A stretch of 64,000 bases of DNA from an uncultured Bacteroidales bacterium (GCA_937889945.1 CALBZC010000010.1:129666-193665), one strand, 5' to 3'. Counted from the stretch's first letter, positions 28,105 to 38,562 are shown. The notes: generated from the letters alone by a model not told the origin. Translations and numbers: made by a program.

Positions 28105-30714
28105 TTACCTTATAAATTTTTTTGCATCGTTTATCACCTCATCTATTCCTTTTGTGTTTTTGCCTCCGGCAGTAGCAAAACAGGGTTGTCCGCCACCGCC
28201 GCCTTGTATATGTTTGGCAAGCTCTCTTACAATATTTCCGGCATGCAATGATTTTGTTTTTATTAAATCATCAGAAATAATAATACTTATGGATGGCTTA
28301 TTTTCGTATTCTCCTGCAATTAAAGCAAATAAATTAGTAGTTGATTCCTTTAAAGCGAATAGTATGGTTTTTGCGGTAGTTGCATCTGTATCTATGCGTG
28401 TGGCAAGGAAGTTTATACCGTCAATGTTCTCAATCTCTTTTAGCAAGTTACCTTTTAACGCAATAGCCTTTTCGTGGTTTAACGCTTCAATGTTTTTCTT
28501 CATTTCGGCATTTTGTTCCAATAATTGTTGTACAGCTTTTAGGGGTTCCATAGGGTTTTTAACCAATTGTTTCAGGGTTTCTATGGTTTCTTCTTGTTGG
28601 CGGATATACTCTTCAACCCTTCTTCCCGTAATAGCCTCTATACGTCTTACACCTGAAGCAATGGCGCTTTCACTTGTAACTTTTATCAACCCTATTTGTC
28701 CGGTAGCGGGAACATGCGTTCCGCCACAAAGCTCTACTGAGTTACCAAATTTAATAACGCGCACTTTATCACCATATTTTTCGCCAAAGAAAGCCAATGC
28801 TCCCATGCTTTTTGCCTCTTCCATCGAAACTGCACGCTTCTCGTGGAGTGGTGCATTTTCTCTGATCATACTATTGGCAAGTTCTTCTATTTTTTGTAAT
28901 TCCTCAGGAGTAACTTTTTGAAAGTGTGAAAAGTCGAATCTCAAATAATCGGGACATACATAAGATCCTTTCTGTTCCACATGCGAGCCTAATATGTGGC
29001 GCAAGGCATAGTGCAAAATATGCGTTGCGGAGTGGTTATTTGCCGTTGCCGTACGCTTTTCCGTATCAACAGTTGCATGAAATGCTGCCTGCGGGTTTTC
29101 GGGCAGTGTTTCTGCAATATGCACAATCAAATTGTTTTCTTTCTTAGTGTCAACAATCTCTATTGTTTCGTTTGCGCTGGTAATTGTGCCCGTGTCGCCT
29201 ACTTGTCCTCCGCTTTCGGCGTAGAATGGCGTTTTGTCAAACACTAATTGGTAAATATCCTTTCCTTTTGCGTTTACTTTGCGGTAACGTGTGATTTTTA
29301 TATCTGTTTCAGTTGTATCATAAGCTAAAAATTCAGTGGTTTCAGCAGCAGCAAGTTCCACCCAGTCATCTGTGATTACAGAAGCGTCTTTACGCGAACG
29401 GCTTTTTTGCTCTTCCAATTTTATCTGAAAGTTTTCCATGTCCACATCCCACCCGAGTTCTTTACTCATCAATTGTGTTAAGTCAATAGGAAAACCGTAT
29501 GTGTCGTACATTTCAAAGGCAAAAGTGCCGTCAATCTTTTTGGTTTCCTTATGATTTTCAACATAATTTTGAAATTTGTGAATACCTATTTCAAGCGTGC
29601 GTAAGAAAGAATTTTCCTCTTCCATTATTACCTTTTTGATAAGTTCTTCGTTTTTAACAAGCTCAGGGAAAAATTCACCCATTTGCTTTTTGAGGGTTTC
29701 AAAAAGCTTATAAATAAAAGGTTCGCGCACGTTAAGAAACGAGTATCCATAGCGTACAGCCCTGCGCAAAATGCGCCTGATAACATATCCGGCTTTCACG
29801 TTTGAAGGTAGTTGACCATCAGCAATAGCAAAGGCAACCGCTCTTAGGTGGTCGGCAATTACACGCATGGCAACATCACTTTGCTTGTTTTCGCCGTATT
29901 TTATACTTGTTTGATTTGAAATTTCCGCAATGAAAGGCGTGAAAACATCGGTATCATAATTACTTTGCTTGCCTTGCAAAACCATACAAAGACGTTCAAA
30001 TCCCATGCCGGTATCCACGTGTTTTGCCGGAAGCTCAACCAAGCTTCCGCTCGCTAAGCGATTGAATTGGATAAAGACATTGTTCCAAATTTCTATCACT
30101 TGCGGATGGTCATTATTTACTAAAGTTTTACCGTCAGTTTTAGCCCTATCTTCATTGTTTCTTATATCCACGTGAATTTCAGAACAAGGTCCGCAAGGTC
30201 CCGTATCGCCCATTTCCCAAAAATTGTCTTTTTTTGATCCCCTCAAAATTCTATCTTCACTGATATGTTTTTTCCATATTTCCAAAGCTTCGGTATCTTC
30301 GGGCATGTTGTCAGAAGCATCTCCTCCGAAAATGGTAACATACAGTCTATCTTTATCTATTTTATATACCTCCGTGAGCAGTTCCCATGCCCAAGCAATA
30401 GCTTCTTCTTTAAAATAATCGCCAAACGACCAATTGCCCAACATCTCAAACATAGTATGATGGTAAGTATCATGACCTACTTCTTCTAAGTCGTTGTGTT
30501 TACCCGAAACACGGAGACATTTTTGGCTGTCAGCCACACGGCTCCATTTGGCAGGTTCGTTTCCCAAAAACCAATCTTTAAACTGGTTCATGCCGGCATT
30601 GGTAAACATAAGCGTAGGGTCGTTTTTTACAACCATAGGCGCTGAAGGTACTATATGATGTTGTTTGGATTCGAAAAAGTTTAAAAATGTTTTGCGAACG
30701 TCTGCACTTCTCAT
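28105..30714 (-). CDS. alaS: alanine--tRNA ligase
   Basis: 869 aa. It has class II AlaRS core blocks (FTNAGMNQFK, GNWSFGDYFK), the editing-domain HSATHIL...CGGTH motifs and a C-terminal DHHA1-like GGGG region. Confidence 0.97.
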   Translation of the reverse strand: MRSADVRKTFLNFFESKQHHIVPSAPMVVKNDPTLMFTNAGMNQFKDWFLGNEPAKWSRVADSQKCLRVSGKHNDLEEVGHDTYHHTMFEMLGNWSFGDYFKEEAIAWAWELLTEVYKIDKDRLYVTIFGGDASDNMPEDTEALEIWKKHISEDRILRGSKKDNFWEMGDTGPCGPCSEIHVDIRNNEDRAKTDGKTLVNNDHPQVIEIWNNVFIQFNRLASGSLVELPAKHVDTGMGFERLCMVLQGKQSNYDTDVFTPFIAEISNQTSIKYGENKQSDVAMRVIADHLRAVAFAIADGQLPSNVKAGYVIRRILRRAVRYGYSFLNVREPFIYKLFETLKKQMGEFFPELVKNEELIKKVIMEEENSFLRTLEIGIHKFQNYVENHKETKKIDGTFAFEMYDTYGFPIDLTQLMSKELGWDVDMENFQIKLEEQKSRSRKDASVITDDWVELAAAETTEFLAYDTTETDIKITRYRKVNAKGKDIYQLVFDKTPFYAESGGQVGDTGTITSANETIEIVDTKKENNLIVHIAETLPENPQAAFHATVDTEKRTATANNHSATHILHYALRHILGSHVEQKGSYVCPDYLRFDFSHFQKVTPEELQKIEELANSMIRENAPLHEKRAVSMEEAKSMGALAFFGEKYGDKVRVIKFGNSVELCGGTHVPATGQIGLIKVTSESAIASGVRRIEAITGRRVEEYIRQQEETIETLKQLVKNPMEPLKAVQQLLEQNAEMKKNIEALNHEKAIALKGNLLKEIENIDGINFLATRIDTDATTAKTILFALKESTTNLFALIAGEYENKPSISIIISDDLIKTKSLHAGNIVRELAKHIQGGGGGQPCFATAGGKNTKGIDEVINDAKKFIR

Positions 30715-30800
30715 AGGTATGTTTATTTTTAATTTTATTAAATAATCGGGTTAAGTTTAAATATTAATTAAGCAGCAAGCAAAAAATAGTTTATTTTTTA

Positions 30801-30996
30801 TTTTAACCACATAGTAAAATAGAATTTCTCTCAGCATAGTTTTTCTGCAACAAAACGCGGCCGTTAAGTAAAAACAGATTTTTTATCAGGTTTGATTAGT
30901 GCTATATAGTTTTGAAGCAAAGCCCTGATTTTTTCTGTTTATTATCTTATCTCTTCCCATTCGGTTTTATTAAGTCTGATATTTATGTGGTTAAAA
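30801..30996. mobile_element. MITE-like element, copy A (196 bp) with 13-bp perfect terminal inverted repeats
   Basis: The ends are TTTTAACCACATA (30801-30813) and TATGTGGTTAAAA (30984-30996). The interior aligns in reverse orientation with 39214-39381, with shared blocks agagataag.taata, atcaggg, gcttcaaa.ctat and aaacctgataaa..aaatctgt. It has no ORF. Confidence 0.6.
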
Positions 30997-31249
30997 AATA
31001 ATATAATTATTGATCAATTAATGTTTATTGCATATCCATACTGTTATTTTGTTATATAGATATGTAAGTAACTCGCAATTGTATTTTTTTGTTAACGTTA
31101 ATGTAATTGTATGTTTTTTAATAAAAACGATATATAACTATGCAAAAATCGGGGCAAATCCCCTTCATGTATGCTTAGAACAGTAAGCTTTTTAACAAAA
31201 AATTAACAATTCTTAAGTTTTTTGAAACTGCAAATTTAAGCTAAATATT

Positions 31250-31257
31250 TATTTTTG
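31250..31257 (+). promoter_or_regulatory. Bacteroidota -7 promoter motif (TATTTTTG) for the M23 peptidase-MerR pair
   Basis: Matches TAnnTTTG, about 65 nt upstream of the ATG at 31321. Confidence 0.45.
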
Positions 31258-31320
31258 TAAACGACAAAAAATAGAATCTGTCCCCTAACACTTAATTTTT
31301 TTCACACTAAAATTATTTTA

Positions 31321-32292
31321 ATGGAAAGAGTAACTTACCAATTTGATACGAAAAAATTTAAAATTGAAAAAGCAAAAGTTCCTTTTAAAGTAAAGTTAAA
31401 ACGTCTTCTATTTTCCATTTCAGTAGGCTTTGTTTTTGCAATTTTTTTCGTTATTTTTACTTATAAATATTTTCCTATGCCTCGGGAAAAAGCTTTGTTA
31501 GATGAGTTGGATACTTATAAATTGCAATATAAAATTTTGAACGATAAATTGGGTAGGGTAGAAGATGTGTTAAACGAAATTCAGGATAGGGACGACAATA
31601 TTTATCGTGTTATTTTTGAGGCTGAACCCATTCCTTCATCTGTAAGAAAAGCGGGCTTTGGCGGAACAAACAGATATGAAGAGCTTGAACGTAAAAGTAA
31701 TTCTGCGATAATTGTAAATACTGCCAAGCGTTTGGATCAGATAAGCAGTCAGCTTGTGGTGCAAAGCAAATCGTATGACGAAGTGTTTAAAATGGCTAAA
31801 GCCAAAGAAAAAATGATTGCAAGTATTCCTGCTATACAGCCCGTGGGCATGCACGATTTGCGTCGTATAGGTTCCATGTTTGGATACCGTACCGATCCTT
31901 TTTATAAAGTTACCAAATTTCATGAGGGAATGGATTTTACGGCTCCGGTGGGTACGCCTATATATGCTACGGGAGACGGAACGGTAGTTGAAGCCGAATT
32001 TAACACCGGAGGCTATGGCAATAAAATTGTAGTAAACCATGGGTTTTCATATACTACCGTGTATGCGCATCTTTCAAAAATAAATGTTAAGATAGGACAA
32101 AAAGTGAAGCGAGGAGAAACAATAGGATTAATGGGTAATACGGGAAAATCGACAGCGCCGCATTTACATTATGAGGTGCGAAAATCGGGGGTGCCTATGA
32201 ATCCTATATACTTCTTTTTTAGCGATATTACACCTAAGGAATATCAGGATATGATAGAGCTTTCCGCTAAGCCTTCTCAAACATTAGATTAG
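31321..32292 (+). CDS. M23 family peptidoglycan metalloendopeptidase
   Basis: 323 aa. It has an N-terminal TM helix, a coiled-coil region and the LytM motifs HEGMDF and TAPHLHYEV. Confidence 0.9.
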   Translation: MERVTYQFDTKKFKIEKAKVPFKVKLKRLLFSISVGFVFAIFFVIFTYKYFPMPREKALLDELDTYKLQYKILNDKLGRVEDVLNEIQDRDDNIYRVIFEAEPIPSSVRKAGFGGTNRYEELERKSNSAIIVNTAKRLDQISSQLVVQSKSYDEVFKMAKAKEKMIASIPAIQPVGMHDLRRIGSMFGYRTDPFYKVTKFHEGMDFTAPVGTPIYATGDGTVVEAEFNTGGYGNKIVVNHGFSYTTVYAHLSKINVKIGQKVKRGETIGLMGNTGKSTAPHLHYEVRKSGVPMNPIYFFFSDITPKEYQDMIELSAKPSQTLD

Positions 32293-32302
32293 TATTTTTT
32301 AT

Positions 32303-32656
32303 ATGCCCGCCTCATCCAACAAAACAACAAAATTATATTACCGCATAGGGGAAGTAGCTCAAATGTTTGATGTAAACGTTTCGTTGATCCGATTTTATGA
32401 AAATGAATTTACTATTATAAAACCTTTTCGTAATAAGAAAGGTAACCGGTTATTTACCCAAGCAGACATTGATACCTTTCATAAAATTTTTTATTATATT
32501 AAAGAAAAAGGCTACACGCTTGAGGGGGTAAAACAAAAATTGAAAGAGGAAAAAAGTCTTATAAACATTTCGGATGGTGATGTTATGCAAGCACTCATGC
32601 ACATGAAAAGATTTCTGTTAGATTTGCGTAAGCAGCTTGATGTAAATGAAAATTAA
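32303..32656 (+). CDS. MerR family transcriptional regulator
   Basis: 117 aa with the MerR-type HTH YRIGEVAQMFDVNVSLIRFYENEF. Confidence 0.85.
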   Translation: MPASSNKTTKLYYRIGEVAQMFDVNVSLIRFYENEFTIIKPFRNKKGNRLFTQADIDTFHKIFYYIKEKGYTLEGVKQKLKEEKSLINISDGDVMQALMHMKRFLLDLRKQLDVNEN

Positions 32657-32710
32657 GCTTTGAAATGGCAAAATTTAATCTCACGTGTGTTGTAAAATAA
32701 AATACTTTTG

Positions 32711-32718
32711 TATATTTG
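32711..32718 (+). promoter_or_regulatory. Bacteroidota -7 promoter motif (TATATTTG, preceded by TACTTTTG) for tRNA-Arg
   Basis: Two adjacent TAnnTTTG matches at 32703-32718, ending 11 nt before the tRNA 5' end. Confidence 0.55.
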
Positions 32719-32728
32719 CAGCCGTTTT

Positions 32729-32802
32729 GGTTCCGTAGCTCAGCTGGATAGAGCAACAGCCTTCTAAGCTGTGGGTCGCGCGTTCGAATCGCGCCGGAAT
32801 CA
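32729..32802 (+). tRNA. tRNA-Arg (anticodon UCU)
   Basis: GGTTCCGTAGCTCAGCTGGATAGAGCAACAGCCTTCTAAGCTGTGGGTCGCGCGTTCGAATCGCGCCGGAATCA. It folds as a cloverleaf with anticodon stem ACAGC/GCTGT, loop CTTCTAA and T-arm GCGCG TTCGAAT CGCGC. No CCA is encoded. Confidence 0.95.
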
Positions 32803-32806
32803 CAAC

Positions 32807-32833
32807 AAAAAGCAGCCAAAGGCTGCTTTTTTT
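32807..32833. terminator. bidirectional rho-independent terminator
   Basis: Stem aagcagcc / ggctgctt with loop aaa, flanked by an A-run and a T-run. It lies between tRNA-Arg (+) and the convergent YbaK-like gene (-). Confidence 0.8.
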
Positions 32834-33326
32834 ATGCATACATGTCAATAAACTCGTATGTATTGCCCTGATAATTGAGAAATTTGATGAAATCTTGCCA
32901 TTTTACAACTATTGATGCCGTATTAATACAAGGATGAAAACTTATATATTGTGATTGTTGAAGGTTTTTATCCAAAAAAACATGGATGTCGTGCGCTTGG
33001 TTGTTAATAAGTCCATAAGGTGTTACAGAACCTGGTGTTACGCCCAGATGTTTCATCATCCGTTCAGCGCTGGCAAAAGAAAGTTTACCTTGGTTTAACA
33101 TTTTTTCCAATGCGTGAATACCTAATTGTTTAGAGCATTCTATCAATACAAGATAATGCTTATTGCCTTTATGATTACGGAAAAATAAATTTTTACAATG
33201 TGTAGCTTCAATATCTTTCCAGTATTTCATGGCTTCATCAATAGTGGGAGCAGGCGGATGCTCATAATATTGATAACTAATCTGTAACTCCTCTAAAAGT
33301 CTATATAATTCAGGATTCCCATTCAT
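32832..33326 (-). CDS. YbaK/ProX-type aminoacyl-tRNA deacylase domain protein (prolyl-tRNA synthetase-associated domain)
   Basis: 164 aa. Its length and blocks (HPPAPTIDEA, CKNLFFRN, GVTPGSVTPYG) are as recalled for this family. Confidence 0.7.
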   Translation of the reverse strand: MNGNPELYRLLEELQISYQYYEHPPAPTIDEAMKYWKDIEATHCKNLFFRNHKGNKHYLVLIECSKQLGIHALEKMLNQGKLSFASAERMMKHLGVTPGSVTPYGLINNQAHDIHVFLDKNLQQSQYISFHPCINTASIVVKWQDFIKFLNYQGNTYEFIDMYA

Positions 33327-34051
33327 ATTTTAAAAGATAATAAATCGCGTATAACTACTGAAGCACAAAAACATCCCATTATGATGGGCATATATGATAT
33401 AGTGCCCACAGTTGTACGTTTATTAGGGGTTTTGTCAGTATCGAAAATTACGGCATCTTTGGCTACTTCTTCGGGCGAAAATACAACCTTAATGCCTGAA
33501 TGGACGCCCAATTTATGTAGCCGTTTTCTTACATACTTTGCCAATGTGCAATTATATGATTCCGATAAATCGGAAATTTGAATTTGTGTGGGATCAAATT
33601 TGCCGCCTGCTCCCATTGAACTCACTACATTAAAGCCTGCTTTATGTGCATAATATAAGAAGAAAACTTTGGGTGAAAGCGTGTCAATGGCATCTATAAT
33701 ATAGTCATATGTATTGTCAAGGATTTGAAAAATAGTTTCATCTTTCAGATAAATAGCATGCGCTATAACATTCACATCGGGGTTAATGTCCTTGAGGCGT
33801 TTTTCCATTAGAGCGGTCTTTGAAAAACCTTCGGTACTTTTTAATGCCAATATTTGCCTGTTGCGGTTGGTAGGATGTATGGAATCAGCATCTACTATAC
33901 TTATGTTGCCCACTCCGGCGCGGCATAGCTGTTCTGCTGCAGGCGCGCCCACGCCCCCCAAGCCTGCCACTAATACATGCTTCGATTTCAACAAACTTAA
34001 ATTTTCAGCGCCAATAAGTATTTCCGTGCGCTTTTGCCATTCAGGAACCAT
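33323..34051 (-). CDS. tcdA: tRNA threonylcarbamoyladenosine dehydratase (ThiF/E1-like)
   Basis: ThiF-family nucleotide-binding motif VLVAGLGGVGAPAAEQLCRAGVG. I chose the ATG at 34051 (MVPEWQKRTE) over the upstream TTG at 34084. Confidence 0.8.
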   Translation of the reverse strand: MVPEWQKRTEILIGAENLSLLKSKHVLVAGLGGVGAPAAEQLCRAGVGNISIVDADSIHPTNRNRQILALKSTEGFSKTALMEKRLKDINPDVNVIAHAIYLKDETIFQILDNTYDYIIDAIDTLSPKVFFLYYAHKAGFNVVSSMGAGGKFDPTQIQISDLSESYNCTLAKYVRKRLHKLGVHSGIKVVFSPEEVAKDAVIFDTDKTPNKRTTVGTISYMPIIMGCFCASVVIRDLLSFKI

Positions 34052-34124
34052 TCGCAAAAATTTTTGCAAAAATAGATAAATCAAATTTATGAAAGCTTAT
34101 TTTTAAAAATACGTTGTATTTCAT

Positions 34125-34132
34125 TAATTTTG
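34125..34132 (+). promoter_or_regulatory. Bacteroidota -7 promoter motif (TAATTTTG) for valS
   Basis: Matches TAnnTTTG. It overlaps the TTG ORF-track start at 34130, which supports the ATG at 34169 as the real start. Confidence 0.5.
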
Positions 34133-34168
34133 CGGTTTCATAATATTAATCGAAATCCGAATTTATAC

Positions 34169-36799
34169 ATGAATATTCCCAGTAAGTACAATCCCGTTGA
34201 AATTGAAAACAAATGGTACCAGTTTTGGCTTGATAAACAATACTTTCATTCTGTCCCCGACCATCGGGAACCTTATACAATTGTAATTCCGCCGCCAAAT
34301 GTTACGGGAGTGCTTCACATGGGGCACATGCTTAATAACACCATTCAGGATGTTTTAATTCGCAGGGCGCGCATGCTGGGTAAAAATGCATGTTGGGTTC
34401 CGGGCACGGATCATGCCTCTATTGCTACCGAAGCAAAAGTGGTTGCCAAGCTTAAGGAACAAGGCATTGAAAAGTCAGATCTTACACGAGAAGACTTTTT
34501 GAAACATGCCTGGGAATGGAAAGAAAAACATGGCGGTATTATTTTGGAGCAATTAAAAAAGTTAGGCGCTTCATGTGATTGGGACAGGACTTGCTTCACC
34601 ATGGATGAACCTCGATACGAATCGGTAATAAAAGTATTTGTTGATTTGTATGATAAAGGTCTCATATATCGTGGTGTGCGTATGGTGAACTGGGATCCTA
34701 AGGCGCTTACCGCTTTATCTGATGAGGAGGTTATATATCAAGAGGTGCAAAGTAAATTATATTATTTACGCTATAAAATAGAGGGTACTGAAAATGAATA
34801 TGTAACCATAGCTACTACCCGTCCTGAAACCATATTGGGCGATACAGCGGTATGTTTTCACCCTGAAGATGAAAGATTTACACATCTAAAAGGTAAAAAG
34901 GTGATTGTGCCATTGATAAACCGTGTTATTCCTTTAATTCAGGATGAATATGTTGACAGGGAGTTTGGCACGGGATGCTTGAAAATTACTCCTGCACATG
35001 ATGTGAACGACTACATGCTGGGACAAAAATATAATCTTGAAAGCATTGATATATTTAATCCGGATGGTACATTAAGCGAAAAAGCACAATTATATGTGGG
35101 ACAAGATCGATTTGATGTGCGCAAAGCAATTGTAAAAGATTTGGAAGCTGCCGGAAATTTGGTAAAAGTAGAGGATTATACCAATAAAGTAGGATTTAGC
35201 GAACGCACTAATGTGGTGATTGAGCCTAAACTGTCGATGCAGTGGTTTTTACAAATGCCCGACTTGGCAAAGCCCGCTTTGGATGTGGTAATGAATAATA
35301 CCGTTAAGTTTCATCCGGAGAAGTTTAAAAATACCTATCGCCATTGGATGGAAAATGTGCGTGATTGGTGCATTAGCCGACAACTATGGTGGGGACAACG
35401 CATTCCGGCTTATTATTTACCCGACAATACCTTTATAGTTGCCGAAACCCCTGAGAAAGCATTAGAAAAAGCTAAACAACAAGGTAAAAATATTGAATTG
35501 AAAGATTTACGTCAGGATGAAGATGTGTTGGATACATGGTTTTCTTCATGGTTGTGGCCCATCTCTGTGTTTGACGGCATTCGTAATCCTGATAATGAGG
35601 AGATTAAATATTATTACCCCACTAACGATTTGATTACTGCGCCGGAAATCCTTTTCTTTTGGGTTGCCCGTATGATTATTGCAGGATTAGAATATAGAAA
35701 TGATATACCGTTTAAAAATGTATATTTAACAGGCATTGTACGAGATAAATTGGGACGTAAAATGTCTAAATCATTGGGAAATTCGCCCGACCCCTTAGAC
35801 CTTATAGCAAAATACGGCGCTGATGGAGTGCGGGTAGGTATGTTGCTTACATCACCCGCGGGCAACGATTTGCCTTTTGACGATTCGTTGTGTGAGCAAG
35901 GACGCAATTTTAACAATAAGGTGTGGAATGCTTTACGGTTGATAAAAGGGTGGGAGGTAAGTGAAACACTTTCTCAGCCTCAGTATGCGAAAATTTCTGT
36001 AGATTGGTTTAAAGCGCGTTTCAATGAAAGTTTACAGATAATTAATGATCATTTTGAAAAGTATCGCTTGAGCGATGCATTAATGACCGCCTATAAGTTG
36101 GTGTGGGACGATTTTTGCTCATGGTATTTGGAAATGATTAAACCGGCATATCAGCAACCTATTGATAAGGTAACATATAATGAAACTATCGCATTTTTTG
36201 CCGATTTAATGAAGGTGTTGCATCCTTTTATGCCTTTTATTACGGAAGAGATATGGCATATACTTGAAATGAATACACGTTCGGAAAGTATTATGGTTGC
36301 AGAAATGCCTGTTTCTTGTTCATTTAACGAAAAGATACTGCAACAATTCACCGATGTGATGGAGATTGTGATGGGAGTAAGAAATATACGCACACAAAAA
36401 AACATTCCGAATAAAGATGCCCTTACATTGTTTGTAAAATCGTCAGGACAAAAAGCATTTGAAGGTTTTGAAGAATTAATTTCAAAACTTTGTAATTTGC
36501 AAGCATTTGAAAATGTGAATGAAACCATATCCAACGCAACTTCTTTTATTGTTAAAACAGACGAGTTTTATGTGCCTTTAGAAGATAAGATTGATATGGA
36601 AGCAGAAAAAGAAGCCCTTCGTAAAGAGTTGGAATATACCAAAGGATTTTTGCGTAGCGTGATGGGTAAACTCTCTAATGAAAAGTTTGTAAACAATGCC
36701 AAACCCGAAGTGGTGGAAATAGAGCGTAAAAAGCAAGCTGATGCAGAGGCTAAAATAAAAGTATTGGAACAACAACTTTTTGGGATGGGTGATAAGTGA
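34169..36799 (+). CDS. valS: valine--tRNA ligase
   Basis: Class I motifs are present: [13 protein letters not shown] (HIGH) and [10 protein letters not shown] (KMSKS). It also has a CP1 editing domain and a C-terminal coiled coil. Confidence 0.97.
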   Translation: MNIPSKYNPVEIENKWYQFWLDKQYFHSVPDHREPYTIVIPPPNVTGVLHMGHMLNNTIQDVLIRRARMLGKNACWVPGTDHASIATEAKVVAKLKEQGIEKSDLTREDFLKHAWEWKEKHGGIILEQLKKLGASCDWDRTCFTMDEPRYESVIKVFVDLYDKGLIYRGVRMVNWDPKALTALSDEEVIYQEVQSKLYYLRYKIEGTENEYVTIATTRPETILGDTAVCFHPEDERFTHLKGKKVIVPLINRVIPLIQDEYVDREFGTGCLKITPAHDVNDYMLGQKYNLESIDIFNPDGTLSEKAQLYVGQDRFDVRKAIVKDLEAAGNLVKVEDYTNKVGFSERTNVVIEPKLSMQWFLQMPDLAKPALDVVMNNTVKFHPEKFKNTYRHWMENVRDWCISRQLWWGQRIPAYYLPDNTFIVAETPEKALEKAKQQGKNIELKDLRQDEDVLDTWFSSWLWPISVFDGIRNPDNEEIKYYYPTNDLITAPEILFFWVARMIIAGLEYRNDIPFKNVYLTGIVRDKLGRKMSKSLGNSPDPLDLIAKYGADGVRVGMLLTSPAGNDLPFDDSLCEQGRNFNNKVWNALRLIKGWEVSETLSQPQYAKISVDWFKARFNESLQIINDHFEKYRLSDALMTAYKLVWDDFCSWYLEMIKPAYQQPIDKVTYNETIAFFADLMKVLHPFMPFITEEIWHILEMNTRSESIMVAEMPVSCSFNEKILQQFTDVMEIVMGVRNIRTQKNIPNKDALTLFVKSSGQKAFEGFEELISKLCNLQAFENVNETISNATSFIVKTDEFYVPLEDKIDMEAEKEALRKELEYTKGFLRSVMGKLSNEKFVNNAKPEVVEIERKKQADAEAKIKVLEQQLFGMGDK

Positions 36800-36844
36800 T
36801 TAGTGATTAGTGATTAGTGATTAGTGATAAGTGATTAGTGATAT
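36789..36844 (+). repeat. tandem heptamer array (GTGATTA/GTGATAA) x8
   Basis: gtgataa gtgatta gtgatta gtgatta gtgatta gtgataa gtgatta gtgata. The array starts inside the last codons of valS (Gly-Asp-Lys-stop) and runs 45 nt beyond the stop. Confidence 0.9.
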
Positions 36845-36863
36845 GGTATTGAGGAGCTAATAT

Positions 36864-37583
36864 TTATTTCTCGTTAATTAAATTTATGGTGTGGCATGCC
36901 ACTATGGCAGCTGTTTCGGTGCGTAGGCGCGAGGAGCCTAAACTCACAAGTTTATACCCTTTATGTTGGGCTAATTCAATTTCATTTTTACTGAAATCTC
37001 CTTCAGGTCCAATAAGTATAATGCAATCGGATGCAGGAGTATAAACATTTTTTAAATGTAAGGGTTGTGCTTCTTCTACATAAGCCAAAAACTTATTTTC
37101 ACAAGTGTTATTTTTCAATAAATCGTTGAATTTAACAGCTTCGTTAATTTTAGGAAAGGTTGGCTTGAAAGATTGTTTGCAGGCTGCTATAATTATCTTT
37201 TCCAAACGGTCTGTGCGCAAGTTTATTCTTTCGGAATGCTCACATAATAAAGGTGTAATTTCATCAATACCTATTTCTGTGGCTTTTTCTAAAAACCATT
37301 CATAACGTGCTATGTTTTTGGTAGGAGCTACTGCCATATGAAGTTTGAATGATTTTTCATTTTCATTTTTTACAATACCAAGTAAAAGAACGCCGCATTT
37401 TTTGGGATTTTCTTCTGTTATCACACTTTCATACATATTCCCTTTGCCGTCCGTAACCCATATTTTATCATTTATCTTTTTTCGCATTACTTTTATGCAA
37501 TGAAAGGCTTCATCTTCTTTTAAAAATGCGTGCATGCCTTCATATAAATTATTTATGCTATTGTCTAATATATATAGGTCCAT
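36864..37583 (-). CDS. rsmE: 16S rRNA (uracil1498-N3)-methyltransferase
   Basis: 239 aa. It has an N-terminal PUA-like region (HCIKVMRKKINDKIWVTDG) and the C-terminal SPOUT block IGPEGDFSKNEI...LGSSRLRTETAA. Confidence 0.85.
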   Translation of the reverse strand: MDLYILDNSINNLYEGMHAFLKEDEAFHCIKVMRKKINDKIWVTDGKGNMYESVITEENPKKCGVLLLGIVKNENEKSFKLHMAVAPTKNIARYEWFLEKATEIGIDEITPLLCEHSERINLRTDRLEKIIIAACKQSFKPTFPKINEAVKFNDLLKNNTCENKFLAYVEEAQPLHLKNVYTPASDCIILIGPEGDFSKNEIELAQHKGYKLVSLGSSRLRTETAAIVACHTINLINEK

Positions 37584-37843
37584 GTTAAAATTGTGTTAAA
37601 TATCGGCAAATTTAATTCTAAAAAGAACATAATATACATTGGCTGGTTATAGATAGTGTAAAAAGAAAAATTAATTATTGTATGCTCTTTTATGTTGATC
37701 AGGGTATTAATATGAGGGAAGCATAACTTTAAAATGTTTTTGGCATGCTCTTTGTTTAAGAGCAGGAAAATACGTATATAAAAAATAATAGCATTAGAAT
37801 TAAATTTTATCAAATATTATAGTAATTATTAAATTTTAAAAAA

Positions 37844-38515
37844 ATGAAAAAAGTTCTTATTTATAGTTTAGCAGCCTTAATGCTTGTGTTTGCAAGCTGT
37901 TCTTCTATGACAAAAACGCAAAAAGGTGCTGCAATAGGCGTAGGAAGTGGTGCCGTGTTAGGTGGCATTATCGGCGCAGCTACAGGTAACACCGCTATGG
38001 GCGCTGTTGTTGGTGGTGCTGTTGGTGGTGCTGCAGGCGCTATTATAGGCAAACAAATGGATAAACAAGCTGCCGAAATCAAAAAAGAAGTTCCCAATGC
38101 AGAAGTTATTCACAAACCCGGTGAAGAAGGAATTATCGTGAATTTTAAATCTAACGTATTGTTTGGTTTTGATAAATCAGACCTCACAGTCCAATCAAAA
38201 AACACACTGGGAGATTTGGCAACTATTTTAAATAAGTATCCTGATACTGATCTTAAAGTGGAAGGTCATACAGATGCAAAAGGTAGTGATAGTTATAACC
38301 AAACATTATCAGAAAAAAGAGCTTCAAGTGTATCTTCTTATTTAAAATCCATAGGAATAGCATCTTCACGCATTAGTACATATGGTTACGGTAAAACTCA
38401 ACCTATTGCTACCAACGATACTGAAGAAGGACGTGCACAAAACCGCAGGGTAACTTTCGTTATTTTGCCTAATGAAAAAATGAAAACAGAAGCTCAACAA
38501 CAAGCCGGCAAATAA
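37844..38515 (+). CDS. OmpA family lipoprotein with glycine-zipper N-terminal region
   Basis: It has a lipobox (VFASCSS), a Gly-zipper (GAAIGVGSGAVLGGIIGAATGNTAMGAVVGGAVGGAAGAIIG) and an OmpA C-terminal domain (GHTDAKGSDSYNQTLSEKRA, NRRVTF). Confidence 0.9.
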   Translation: MKKVLIYSLAALMLVFASCSSMTKTQKGAAIGVGSGAVLGGIIGAATGNTAMGAVVGGAVGGAAGAIIGKQMDKQAAEIKKEVPNAEVIHKPGEEGIIVNFKSNVLFGFDKSDLTVQSKNTLGDLATILNKYPDTDLKVEGHTDAKGSDSYNQTLSEKRASSVSSYLKSIGIASSRISTYGYGKTQPIATNDTEEGRAQNRRVTFVILPNEKMKTEAQQQAGK

Positions 38516-38562
38516 AATAAATTTTTCATTTTATCTAAGGTTCTTTCTCTCATTCATTTATA

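Noticed and set aside
32595-32819. 74-aa minus-strand ORF
   Set aside because: It runs straight through tRNA-Arg(UCU) and the terminator hairpin, so the reading frame is an artefact of the tRNA sequence.
36789-36844. Heptamer arrays (also 13331-13372 and 48077-48111) considered as a CRISPR array
   Set aside because: The units are 7 nt, contiguous and without spacers, and no cas genes are present. These are microsatellite-type tandem repeats, not CRISPR.
37565-37813. Small ORFs in AT-rich intergenic DNA (37565-37813, 45339-45551, 43382-43591, 17338-17625)
   Set aside because: Their translations are dominated by I/F/L/N/Y from AT-rich sequence. They overlap promoter regions or the ends of well-supported genes, and they lack start-context or motif support.
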